Shown: piece after piece, positions 23,901-36,681 of the stretch
Numbering within the stretch: position 1 is the first letter of the stretch
Layout: every line of letters begins with the position of its first letter
DNA from: Ptychomitrium polyphyllum
Lineage: Eukaryota
DNA: 64,000 nt
Assembly: GCA_973851085.1 (NCBI GenBank)
Contig: OZ316775.1
Coordinates: 6,386,001-6,450,000 of the forward strand
Direction of reading: 5' to 3'
The notes under the pieces: model-generated
Seen by the model: only the letters and a program-made list of their open reading frames with translations
The model's database searches: none
What the model was told of the DNA's origin: nothing
Made by a program: the position numbers and the translations under genes

Positions 23901-25260
23901 TAGAACCATATTCGAAAATGATCTCCAAGAAACTCTAGTTTCATCGCTTCTAACATTCTGCAACCACGTTCTGAAAACACAGAGTGTACTCGAGTATGTT
24001 CTGTGACGTCACCACACACAACGACCCAGTCACCTGGACTAAACACACTTCACTACAAAACACGAGAGAATTCGTTCGATTACTTACAGGCGCAACCGAA
24101 GGACTCCTGTACGGCCATTCTGACCTCGACGTCTCTAAGCCTCTCTCGAACACAGACCCCATACACGGGGAAGCGCAACCGCCTCTTCTTCCTCATCTTC
24201 ACAGAACTGCTGCTTGCAAAGCGTCCTCGAAGCAACAACACCCCGAGGAAAATAAACTATCACCGAGTTCAACTGTGCTGTGCTTCGAGCAACGCTCAGC
24301 AGCTTGTAACTACTCATACCTCGGAGGCGTGCCAGCGCCACCACTCTACAGTCCGGAGTGCATTCCTTCTTCGAATGCAGCTTATAAGAAGTCGTCGTTC
24401 TCAGCACTAAGCGCCGGCAAAGATGCGTCAAAGACATGATGACGAAGACTGACACAGATCCGTCCTACTAAACTCGGCACAGCTTATCTTCGCACCGACA
24501 CCTCACGCAACTTTACAGCTCCACAATGTGGTTCACCACTAAACTCCGGAGTCCGGCACGAAAAGCTGGAACAAACACGCCGAAACCACGGCCTGAACTC
24601 CCGTGTATTAACTACTACACCAGAATCCGACAGAAAGAAACCATTCCACGTGATGCAATCCGTGACTCCGACGACAATTCTACAAACGACACGCTAAACT
24701 CATCATCATCGGCAATACAACTGCTGTACATGCAGCCTATCGTCAACCTACTTGTCAGTCGTACTCTTCTTCCGTCCGCTCCCTGCACAACAGAGACAAT
24801 GGCCGTGGCTGTCAAAAGACCTTGCCCTTTTCCGCCAGCAGATGCTGCCAAGGCGGTTGCAAGCACACCACCCATTACCGCATTGTCCAAAGATCGCAAG
24901 AACAAATCTCCGACACGCACCATATCCTCGAACAAATCGCCTAGAAGTACGGCGTTGCCATGAGGTCAATGTGCCTTTCCAATGCGCCTCTGCGTCTCCT
25001 TGACCTCGCCTGCCCTCCGCGCGACGACATGACTGTGTGGCCTGAGCCTGTTACCCAACCGGCCACAACACGATGCGTCGTGCGCGCCATGATGTTCTCC
25101 TTAACGCAACAACTCCGGCAATGAAGTGTCGTATCCGTAACGCCATCACTCCACCACCACCACCACCTTTACCACGCCACACCACACCACTGCTCTCCAT
25201 GATGCTTCTTCATCGCCATTGCCGTCGCCTCTCTCTCCCGCTTTTCTCATCGACCGAGCC
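21000..25260 (-). ncRNA. Putative spliced, ORF-poor minus-strand transcription unit (lncRNA or long uORF-rich leader); boundaries approximate
   Basis: The GC-richer, GA-tract 5'-like region at about 25.26-24.9 kb holds only ~50-codon ATG ORFs. Minus-strand donor-like sites occur near 24319 (GAG|GTATGAG), 24087 (CT|GTAAGT), 23681 (GAG|GTACT) and 21360 (CT|GTGAGT), with an acceptor-like site near 23839. No recognisable protein. Confidence 0.3.
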
Positions 25261-26529
25261 ACTTTCATCTCCTCTCGCAAGCTATCTCGACAGTAATCTT
25301 GTCCACTTGTCTAAGACGTTCCTGAGTATCTCCCAGGTAACACCACAGTATTGTACCAGTTACACTGCAGTATCGGGTAGGTATCTCTTGATTAATCGAA
25401 GCAGTGAATGAATCAGACTCCTTCTGGCTTTCACAGCATTCAGATGATCCTTGATATCGACCGAGCCTGATTTCATCGACCGGATGATGTTCTCCAGTTA
25501 CGGCAAACCGTGCAAGACAGTGACTCGCAACAGTAACAATATTTATGAAGAGGTTTTTCCCCCTATCTACCCCGGAGAAATTCGAACTTTCAGGTGGTGT
25601 TGGGATTCTAACTCGTATTTGGGGATTTGCAAGCCAGGACTAAGTTCCAGCACCGTGTAATTATTGGGGACTTATAAAAAGCCGTGCAGTAAAATCGCTG
25701 TGAATAGCAGTATCTTTATATCAAGTAAGACTTCTCCATAACGTTTTGGATACCGTCTGGAAAATGTAGATTCGGTTCCGATGAAAAGTATTGTCTCCGT
25801 GATTACTGACTCCACATTATGAGCATGGTCGTGAATATTTCCGGATTCTGCTTGGTACGGTTATGGGCGTACTTTTCACTTCAAATAAAGAATCCGTTCG
25901 TGCCGGCTAACCAACAAACCACCTTAATTTACTGTAACCGTCCAACAGTTACAAAAGCATGCGTTTCACCTTTGATCTACCGAGAGGGAAGACAGTGCCA
26001 AGCTCCGTCTAAAGGGCTTAAATAGTCTTTTTGCTGTTGTGTATTTTAATTCTAAAGCTTGGCATTCCGTATGAATGTACCAGAGACGTACGTACTTTTC
26101 GCCTCTATTACTACTCGACAGCCTGCTAGGTACGCATATGTATACTTCCACAGCCATAAATTGTTGGCTCTGGCTTCCTGTCGAGGGACTAACTTTCATG
26201 CGCTTTTTGCATGAACCTGGCACGAACCTTTTTGCTATTTCCCACCTCTATTGAATTTGAATAGAAATGATGAGTACAAGTGGCGCTTTTCCATTAGCTC
26301 CATGCTCATGGAATGGGGGGATCTTTCCTTGGTGCAGGCAGTGCTTCTAGGAAGGTAGGTATATCATTAACCCAGAACTGAAACATTTGAGCTTATGAAC
26401 TGTACTACTATAAACAGAAATGCCAGTATATGTAAAAGAGTTTTTCTTTTCTAAATCATGATGACTGCAATTCTCTCATATTTTATCCCCACTAGTGAAA
26501 GTTTTATAATTTTTGAAAGTGAAAAGTCC

Positions 26530-26592
26530 ATCACATTTCCTAACTATTATATCACATTTCCTAACTATTATATCACATTTTCTAATTATTAT
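26530..26592. repeat. 21-bp tandem repeat x3 (ATCACATTTCCTAACTATTAT)
   Basis: Two identical copies and a third with two substitutions. Confidence 0.9.
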
Positions 26593-27293
26593 ATAGGTTA
26601 TCTTTAAACTAATACATAAGTTCCCCTCCGACACTTCTTCATATGAGCATCTTCAGTTCTTCAACAATAATTTCCCCCAACAAACTTTTCCAACAAACTT
26701 AACCAATAAAATTCCATTGCAAGCACACAATCATCCTTTGCTATTAAATTGCCATGGCCTACCATCTATCCATTCTATTACTTTAACCTTGTTCTATGCC
26801 CTAGCTTGCAGCATTTGTTTGTAATCTTAAACTTGATTCCAAAAGAAATGATTAAAATGTATACATGTAACAAAATGAGGATCACTAATTGAAATTTTAT
26901 TCTAAATTTAGAAATTATAAAAGAAAAAATTATTTTTTCTTATTTAATTTGTGACATTAGTATTATAGAATTTAGAGCACTATGTCAATGGCAATGGCAT
27001 ATAAGCTTTAACCTTAGGATTTTGTAGCACTAAGACTACCACTGTCATTTTTTTGCTTCTACAACTCTTTTAAGATTAGTAATTGTAGAGCCACAACTAT
27101 AAAGGCATGGAAGGAACATATTTAGCATCTTCCATTGTTTTTTCTATTTTTTTCTTCTTTATTTCTACAATACCTTCACATTCATACAATTGCAATTTCT
27201 AAGTATTGTATAATAAAATCTATGATTGTACATTTCATTTCTTTCTTTATACTTTTAAAGTAGATATATATTAATAATGATGATCATAATAAG

Positions 27294-27326
<33 letters not shown>
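27294..27326. repeat. (AAC)11 microsatellite
   Basis: Seen directly; a (TAT)n tract follows nearby. Confidence 0.9.
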
Positions 27327-27327
<1 letters not shown>

Positions 27328-30266
27328 TCATCATCTATCAAAAAATAATATTATTATTATTATTATTAATGTTGAATTTTAAAGAATCAAATAATGCATT
27401 TGCATTGTTAATGTTTTTGTCACATTAGATAAACATCCTATGTAAAAATTGGGTCATGTTATCTTTACAATGCAAGTTTGTTCAAAAATTTGCAAGCATA
27501 TTTATTACATCTACCAAGTCATTTTCTAGGTAGATTCCAAAGAAGATCTACTTATTTATGTTCATAGCATTAGCTTTAATAAAATGAAACAAAGTCTTAA
27601 AAAGGACTTGATCAATCATTTCATTTAATGATGACATTTTCTTATTTCATTCTACAAAAATGGTCAATGCAAATATGCACATGTTTTATTTTTCTTTGCT
27701 TCTAGTATTTTTTTGTGTTTAAAGATCTTACATATAAATTTGTATTTGTAAATCTAAAAAAATAGATATAAAGCCACGATCTTATCAATTATTAGTACAT
27801 GTTAATATTTCATTCATTCATATTCTATAAGATGATATTCTAATCTAATTTTCTAATTATAAAAATAATTTTGTTTCTCTCTTTTTTTATCCACAAATAT
27901 AATGTTATTGTACAATGCACACTATATTGAAAGCATACTTGTGTTTGTATTAGAAGTAATTTAATACATGAGAAGTTTTATTGCAACTATTTTTTCAACC
28001 ACCATTTTATACAATTTTTGGCTCTTTCTTTTGAATTCCCTTTGAAAAGGCAACATTGCTTTTTGAACATGTTAGATGTGAAATAAAGAGCCTCCATTGT
28101 TGAAAGTAGCTTTAATAATAGTTGTGGATGGAAACTTAGCCACATGTGAATATGCATTTTAAAAAGATTTAGCATCATTTTTGTTTCCAAAGTACAAAAA
28201 TTGTATTCTTTTTACTAAAGCACACCACTCCTACATCTTTGTCACATTCTATGTAACAAATAACAAAAAGAACATATATCAATACTTTAGGAAATCCTCA
28301 ATTGGCACAAAATTAAGGCAATGCATCTACTATTGATATATCAAATATAAAGTTCAAATAATATGTACATTTAGTTGATTTAATTAGCATATTGTACAAA
28401 AGCATTATTGGAGCAAATAATAAATGATTAACAGTTTTGTAAATAATTGCATCTTTTGTGAATTGAAATCCATTAAAAGACTTAGTACTATAGTTGTAAA
28501 GGTTGCAAGTATATTTGAACCTAACTATATTGCATGCAATCCAATTTAACATTTTAATTGGTAGAAGGCGTATTTAAGTTTGCATGACCATGCGTACAAC
28601 TTTTTGAATTTGGCTTTATTTCAAAAATGTAATTAAAAATCTTTGAATAGTTATGTTTTAAAATCAACTCAAGAAAGCTCTACATACAAATAAAATCCAT
28701 CCAACTTATATAATCATCTAGTTCCAATAAAATAATAAGAAAAGTCATAGTGTATAGTAAATAATAGAAAAAAGAGACATTGAGCTAGTATCAATGGTCA
28801 TACTCTAGAAAGTTTTATTAAGGCGTTCTAAAAAAAGCATAGCACTTTGTTTCTTATTATATTTTATGCCTTCAAATGGTTAGAAAGCCTACATTTGGTT
28901 TTAATCAACCTCAGATGCAAATATTTAGGGTCTTTATTAGTCCTAAATCAATGCTTTAAACAGTAAATTCTTCATAATTTATATGGTCATATTTTTTTAT
29001 AAAGTTTATTCTAAATTAAAAAAAATATCAAATGCATAAGTTTTCAAAATAAAAAGAATATCAATCATTGGTTTATTTTTTATGTATCTAAATATACTTT
29101 GTTGTGTATGTGTGTATTTTTATGTATATATATATATATATGTATATATATTCCACTATTTACACTTGAAAAATATAGGTTAGAAAATCAAATTGCTACT
29201 CAATGAAGGACTTTAGAAGGATGCACTTTTATAAAAAAATTGTAGATTTTAAACGTACATTACTAAAGCTAAAAATTATGATTTATTATTAGTATGCTTA
29301 ATATTTTCATGAAAATAATGGTATTCTGTATTAATATAATTTTATATAAAATAAATCATAAATCCAAATCAAATTTCAAACATTCCAATGGTGATTTTAT
29401 GAATTAGTTTCCTATAAATTGTTAAAATTTGACTTGATAGGATTTGATAATTTAAAATTATGAGACATTCCTATTAGAATAAGGTACCTATTTAGTCTAA
29501 AACTCAAACTCATAATTTTTTTCTTAATTGCCATCATTCATATTGTAGATGTTTATAAGTACAAAATTTAAAAAAGAAGAATTAACTTCTTAAACAATAA
29601 TTTGTATTTCATCTTCCATCAATTTTCAATTTTTTTTCTATGTATTTCTAGCTTGTTGTTTTTAGTTAGTGTCATTTGTAGTAACTTCTTTAAATTTTTT
29701 TTTCTATTTGAATACAATTTGCACTCTTTTTGTTTCAAGTCAACCCCATATTAGCACTTCTTACCAATGATTAATGTTTCTATTGTGATTAATTCCTAAC
29801 AAATCATTTTTTTCAACATTAAATATAAAAAAACTTTGCTTATTCATTGCTCTTGCAATTATCTCCTATTTTGATTATATTCTTAATTAATTAATGCAAC
29901 TTTCCTTATTTGGCCCTATAATCCCACAAATAAAAAATATTACATTTATGATCCCACAAATAAAAAATATTACATTTATGACTATTTATTGTACAACTTC
30001 GTTCTGTCACACTAAGTTATATTAAATATTGGAATTCCTTCCCAAACATAGAGCAAACATAGTTAAACATAAAGTAGTACAGAAAACTGTTACTGTGCCC
30101 GAAACGAATATCTTCTACCGGTATTACATATGAGATTCCGTTAAGTCCACAGATTTTCTAGATTTGGGTGGTTCAGGGTAATGTGACGGTTTAGGGTACA
30201 GACTTGCGTTGGCAGTGAAGCTTGGCTGCAGACGAAATTTCTCACGCCAATCGATGTCACACTGCG

Positions 30267-30275
30267 AAACCCTAA
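30267..30275 (+). promoter_or_regulatory. Telo-box (AAACCCTAA) upstream of CHMP7
   Basis: Exact motif about 350 bp upstream of the ATG, at the start of the GC-richer 5' region. Confidence 0.45.
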
Positions 30276-30621
30276 TTTGCAGATTGTCGATTCATGGTTC
30301 GAGCAGCGGAGGAGCCGCTCTCAGAACTCCAGGAAGGGACGAGAGATCACGCTCTTCGATTGAATGAAGGAGCCACTCCCTTAAGAGCGACAAATTTTGC
30401 CCCAAATTGGAGCCAATTTGGTGCCGAATTGAAGAAGCAGGGGTTCTGCTAAGGTAGAGAGGAGAGCTGTTGAACTCCGCACGACCTTGAGATCATGCTC
30501 TCGCACAAGAATGTGCCGTTTTACTTAGATTTCTGGTCTGTGGAATCGTGACAGCTGAATTAGGTCACCGGATCGAGCAGTCGCGAAATGCAGAGGTGAA
30601 GTTGGTGGCGAGGTCGAGTTC

Positions 30622-33600
30622 ATGGCTGCAGGGGAGCGCGAGTCGCCTCTTGCGGCGTTTCTTAGGGCAGAGGTGCCAGACTGGGACGATGAGGTGGTGT
30701 GTAGAGCGCGCTACAAGGGCTTTACGGGACAGAGAGCGGATTGGGAGAATCGGCTGCAGTTCTGGAAGGATCTGGTGGTGAAGTGTGCGCGGCAGCTTGG
30801 GTTGGTCGTGATTGAACCCAGCAAGGTACGCGGGTTTGTCAAATTTTGGATAAATTTAGAGATGGGTCTGGCTTTGTTTAAGATTTTGCTGAACTAGACG
30901 TGTTTCTTTGTTGCCTTCCAGATTCAGCATCAGTGGTTTCTTCGTGAAGGGATAACACCATTGGGGATATCTACGGTTCTGGTATGGTCATGAACTATCT
31001 TCTTTGAATTTGAAGTGCTTGGAGTGAATAGTAGTAGGCAGTATGGAGGTTCTAGTTATGGCTGTTGAAATTCTAACCTTTTTACTGCTTGCATAGACTG
31101 AAATGTGTAAATCAGGGGAGCTTCAAACCAGGGAAGAATTGATGCGGCCCCAGGCAACTCTTACTCAGTATACTGGCTCTGTTTTCAAACAAGTATTCAC
31201 ATGGATGGGTAGCCAAGTCCTTGGTACATCAGCTGGAGCGCAATCGGGCTGTGTGCTGCCAGATATGCTGATTGTCACTTCTCTACTTCAGGTATACATA
31301 CTTTTCTGTGGACCATTTTGGGTTTATAGCTTTGTAACCCATAGACATTGTTGTAATAAAGCTTGGAATCTCTGTTACAAATGGGGTATGTGCAAAGTCA
31401 TGTGGCTACATTTAAGATGGATGCTTTGCTGTGCTGAATGCTTGGGAGGACTTTTAACTCTCAGAGTGGTACTGAAGAGTGGTGTATCGTTCTTAATTGT
31501 AAGCATAATGATGTCTTCTGTTATTATTGTTGTTTTTTGTTATCTTGAAAATCATCGGTGACGTCAAGATTTTTGCAAATTGATTTCTCACCAGGAGCGC
31601 AGCTCACTTGTTATCAAAGCGTTGTCAGAATCTGAGTGGAGACATGTGTGTGTGGTCACAATGATGCGGTTCCGGGAGCTCTGCGGTTCCAAAGAGACTG
31701 CGGATGTACTGTTAGCTGTCCTGATTAACCAGGGCAGAGCTCGTCTTATGGAGTTAGACGAGAAAGAAAATATTGAGGTGTGCATCTGGCAATCGTATGC
31801 TTCTTTGGTGTTTTATTCCAGTGTAATTTGAATTTTGGTTTGGCGTCTGTTGAGAGGTGGCTCATCATTGTTGTCAAGTCAAGATGGCAGCTTATCATCA
31901 TACGTGAGTTGATGTGGCGAGGAAGTATGTTGTTGTCTACGGAATTTCTTGAGATTTTTTCTCCTCTTTTCAATAACAAATTTTGGTATCATCGAGGTGC
32001 ATGATTTGGGTAGGAAATTACCATTTACATGTAACTATTTCAGTGAAATTTAGGCTTCTTGCTGATTTTGCATGGAATTGGCTCTTATTGCAGGGAATCA
32101 AAATTGCCCTTAAGGATGAGCCTATTCCAACTGTTACGGAAATTGACAGTCACATACTGCGATTGAACTGGACCTTGGAAAGGTTGCACCAGCAAGTAAA
32201 TATCCTTGATGTGCGAGTGACAAGGTTAGGCTCTTTCAAATACTTGGTTTTGAATGTAATGCTTTGGTTATTGCTTGATTTTACAATGGTGGTGGACCTG
32301 GTTTTGAGTACAAACAATCTGAGATCAAATCCTAGAGCGAGTTCTTCAAAGTACCTTTGGTGGTTTTCGCACAGCTCAAGAGCTGCAACGGTGTTGGCTC
32401 TTAAGTCCGGGGACAAGAAAGGGGCTCTTCGACATGCACGGCGACTAAAGGTCCTAATGACTAGCAAGGGAAAATGCGAGACTTTCATGGATAGAATTGA
32501 TGAGGTTTTGACCTCCATTGCTGATGCAGAGGCATCAAGAAAGGTGAGTAACGGATGTTTTCACTGTAGATGCTGCACCATACGTGCCAGCACGGATGTT
32601 TTAAGTACGAATGGGGAGATAATCGTATTTAAATCATGGATTTTAGCTGTAAGGCTGGATCTCTCTTTATCTCTTGTTAATTCTGAGGTCTGGACCTGGT
32701 AATGCAGGTTACCGATGCATTGAAGGTCGGAGTGCAAGCGATCAAAGATAACCATGTTACCTTGGCAGAGGTTCACACGTGTCTGGATGAGGCAGACGAA
32801 GCTATTGCACAGCAACGTGATACACAGACTACCCTAGGTACCACCTCTGCCCTTTTAAAAAAGTTTGGATGGATGCTTAGTTCACTTTCAGACGAGAGCA
32901 GGTATATGTCAGCTTAGATGCCATACTCGCATATGAATTCATACCGCACAGGATTTATACACACAAGGTTCACATTTCGTGTCAACGTTATCAAGGAGAG
33001 TCTTGTTCATTGATCTTGTTCTGTTGGTTTTTGAACTAGAGTTTAATTATAATTGGGTCAGAAGTGGACATGTATAAAATTACTGACCTTTTTGTTGACA
33101 CATCATTAGAATTTTGGCTGAAAGATCAAGGTATCTTTGTTCCAATACTTTTTAATAAGTTTTATCATCAATTCTTTACCATCACAATAGCAAATCTCTG
33201 CGTTCAATTGAAGAGAACACGGCAGATAAATGGGTTCAGATGTAATTAGCTGTGGAGATGGATTATCTGCTTATTCTACAAACAGGTTTGCTCTTTCTTT
33301 GCATCTTTATGTTGTATTTAAGTTCGTCTGTTTGAACAAAACTCGCATGTTTTTGTGCAGCTGAGGTGCCGCTTATCACAGGTGCAGTTGACAGGGATCT
33401 TGAAGAAGAGTTTTTATTATTGGAAGCTGAACTGGACAACGACTCTGTTACTGAAATTAACGATTTACCAGAAGCGGCTTATAGAGACAGGTTACCTGTC
33501 CATGAGAAGTCTCCCAAATCTGATGCATCTAACACTAGCGTGTCGAAATTTGAACGGTTAATTGAAGATTCAACGAAGGCAAAAAATTATGAAAAGGAAG

Positions 33601-33659
33601 AGGAGACCGCTGATTTCCTAGAAAAAGCATTCGCGAAACTAGAACTCGAACTTGCCTAA
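30622..33659 (+). CDS. CHMP7: Charged multivesicular body protein 7 (ESCRT-II/III hybrid, SNF7 family). Exons 30622-30825, 30922-30981, 31097-31291, 31595-31777, 32094-32224, 32375-32543, 32708-32837, 33361-33659
   Basis: N-terminal EVPDWDDEVV..ARYKGFTGQRADWENRLQFWKDLV winged-helix region, SNF7 helices (ALKSGDKKGALRHARRLK..IADAEASRKVTDALK), DLEEEFLLLEAEL and a MIM-like tail. All introns are GT-AG and in phase. Confidence 0.92.
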
Positions 33660-34643
33660 TGCCTTGTCCACCCAGGCGGCTGAAGCAGGTATTCAATTGT
33701 ATCATAACATCTGTAATTCTAGTACATTTCATTGTGCAGTAAGTTACGAAGCTCAAGTTGTGACTGTTAACAACTGAAGCTTGTAGTGAGGTGTTTAACT
33801 GTCGTGGATACACTTATACATATGGTTATGGTAATTTTTCAATTACTAAGAGTTAACTTTGGTGATTAGATATAATTTGAGGCCTTCATAATCGTCTATT
33901 TACGATTTATGATGAGGTTTTTGGTCCATAACTTTAGGAATTGTTTGATCCATTTGGAGCCCTTGCACTTCGTATGCTCATTTTCAAAATGCTAATATCT
34001 TCTTTGAAGTAGTTCTTTGCAAATAAGAGAACATTATTTGATACTTCTTCCTCCTTTCCGAGCAGGCTCCACCTGCTCATTCAATGTATATGTGATACTC
34101 TGTAATTCAAAAAAAAGGAAACCAGTCTTGAACAAGCTTCAAGGAATGTACTAACATTGTTTACAATATAAATCCATGATTTTTGTATGAGCTTCAACTA
34201 CTCCCTACCTACTTACCTCACCATTTGTGTGGTGACACAGTGATTATTGATTTTAATTCCATCACACTGAATATTTATGCAATGATTGTTGTCATTGTGA
34301 AAGACCTCCGTTTTGTTCACCTGACCTCTGTTCACCTTCTGATCACAGCCTCTAGTTTGACTAAGTTTTGAGGTGAGAATTGTTGGTGAAAGTTCATGCA
34401 GATGCATAGTATCACCTGAAGTTAAGCTATCAGTAGCTGGCTACGAATTACTTTTGAAACAGTGAAAATAGCCTTTACACAAAGTAATCTGTTTAACTTA
34501 TGAGTAGACCACTGTGGCTTCCTTTAGAATTGAATTCATCAGCTTCATGTTGTGTTTCATTGTAGCACGATAGAAACATAGTGGGTACCTAGTTGTCTGC
34601 CTTAGGTTGGCAAGTTGTGAAGAAAATAATTCTTTGGTAATAA

Positions 34644-36681
34644 ATGGCTCTGCATGGTTTAAATCTGTTGGTGGTTTTACTGGGAGTAGTGCTGCGACTG
34701 CATTACTGTCTGTGTTCCATATCTGTGGAAGCACAACAAGCTCCGGCGCCAAGCTCTACCAACGAGTCTTTGTTTCCAGCATTTTTTATTTTTGGGGATT
34801 CGTTGGTGGACTGTGGTAACAATGATTACATAACACTGGCTCTGGCCAAAGCTAATCTGCTTCCAAATGGGATTGATTTCCCCTCGCGCACCGCCACGGG
34901 CCGCTTCTGCAATGGCAAAACCTCCTTCGACGTCTTATGTAAGTGATTTCTGCACTAATTCTTTCCCAAATTGGACTATGTCTTGAGGGTCACAATTGAT
35001 GTTTTTGAAACCACTATTTGTAACAAAACTGTACTGCTGAACACGAATTCAGGAAGCTAATGCAGCATCTTTTGTGCAAATCATCATTCCGATGGAGATT
35101 TACTCATGTTCAAAATGTAGGCTCTGTAAAAGCGTCCTCTCAATAGTGTTGAGCAAGTATTTGAATGAAGCAGCAACTTGTTTTAGAATATTCCTGCAAG
35201 GATTCTACTTTTCATGAAATGCAGAACAACTATTTGACCTTGAGGGTAACCTCTCACCAAAGTTTTAAAAATGGCAGGTGACAGGATTGGTTTGCCATAT
35301 CCACCAGCGTCCTTAGCACCTACAAGTCGAGGCCCTGCTATTTTAGGAGGGTTGAATTATGCCTCTGGTGCTGCAGGAATTCTTGATAGTTCCGGTGCAA
35401 ATTATGTATGTCCATCTTAAATTCCATCAATCTTTGTAGGATACAGTTTCTGTATTAATTGCTAAGTCAAGTGTCAATGTCGTTCTTTACAAACAGAGCT
35501 CGGGGTTCAAAATTATCTCTGTGCTCTTGCTTTTGTTGAAATATGCGAACAGTATTCTTGAAACTTGGACATGGATGGTTCTAGAAATGAAAGCTGAAAA
35601 TTAAAAATTAAAACTTCGCATTGAAGATGCTTTAATCCAAGCCTGGTAGTAGTACTGATTTACTCAACTTGGTAAAACTGAGTAAAAATGGTCAATGCTG
35701 TAGCTCTGATGGTAGCTATCACTTGAATGTACAGATTGAGCGACTGTCATTCCATGAGCAGATAGGGCTATTCCAGCAAACCGTTTCCCAACTTAATATG
35801 ATGCTGGGTCGAGCTGCTGCTACTAACTTACTCCACAACTCTCTGTTCGGAACTGCGATGGGGAGCAATGACTACCTCAACAACTATTTGCTCTCAAGCA
35901 ACAACTCCACCAGGACTCAGTACACCCCATCCCAATTTGTGCAGCTTCTTATGTCAACACTTACCACCCAATTCACGGTACTGATACAGTAATCACCTAG
36001 TTCGTCTATCTTGCCTCCAAACCACAATGACCTTCATGAATTAAATCTGTCATTGTGGTACCGTGCATTTGTGTGCAGACTCTTTACAACTGGGGTGCCC
36101 GGAAGTTTGTAATCTCGAATGTGGGTCCTCTGGGATGCATCCCATCTCGGCTGGCACTGGGAAGCATCGATGGTGCTTGCGTGGCACATGATAATGAAAT
36201 GGTGAAGGGCTTCAACAAGGCGTTGAAGAATCTCACCAAAACGCTCCCCACATTGCTTCCAGACGCCATGTTCTTGTATGGCAATTCGTACGATGTAGTT
36301 TATAGCATCATCCAAGATCCTTATCCCATTGGTAATCGATCCATTTCCTGCACCTAAAACTGATCGTTCACGATTTATGGAATTAGCAGGCTAATCAGTC
36401 TAAGGATTGATCAAGTTTAACTTAGTTTGACTTATGGAATTTTTCTTTCAGGTTTCAACGTGGTAAACGAAGGTTGTTGTGGAGCAGGCGCATACAATGG
36501 CGAGCTCCCCTGTTTGCCTGTGATAGACAGCCTTTGCACTAATCGGTCAGAGTATGTGTTCTGGGATCCTTATCACCCCACTGCAGCTGTCAATGACATT
36601 CTGGGCAACCGATCGTTCAAAGGGCCTTCTTCCGACATCTATCCTATTAATGTTCAGCAACTCTCTAGGGTGCAAATATGA
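34644..36681 (+). CDS. Secreted GDSL esterase/lipase. Exons 34644-34938, 35278-35405, 35735-35977, 36079-36331, 36452-36681
   Basis: Signal-peptide-like N-terminus; PAFFIFGDSLVDCGNN (block I), TGRFCNG, GLNYASGAAGI, GSNDY and FWDPYHPT (catalytic D-x-x-H). Canonical 5-exon plant GELP structure. Confidence 0.96.

Noticed and set aside
26530..29980. Short direct repeats (21 bp x3, about 30 bp x2) as a CRISPR-like array
   Set aside because: They are head-to-tail duplications without spacers in eukaryotic AT-rich DNA.
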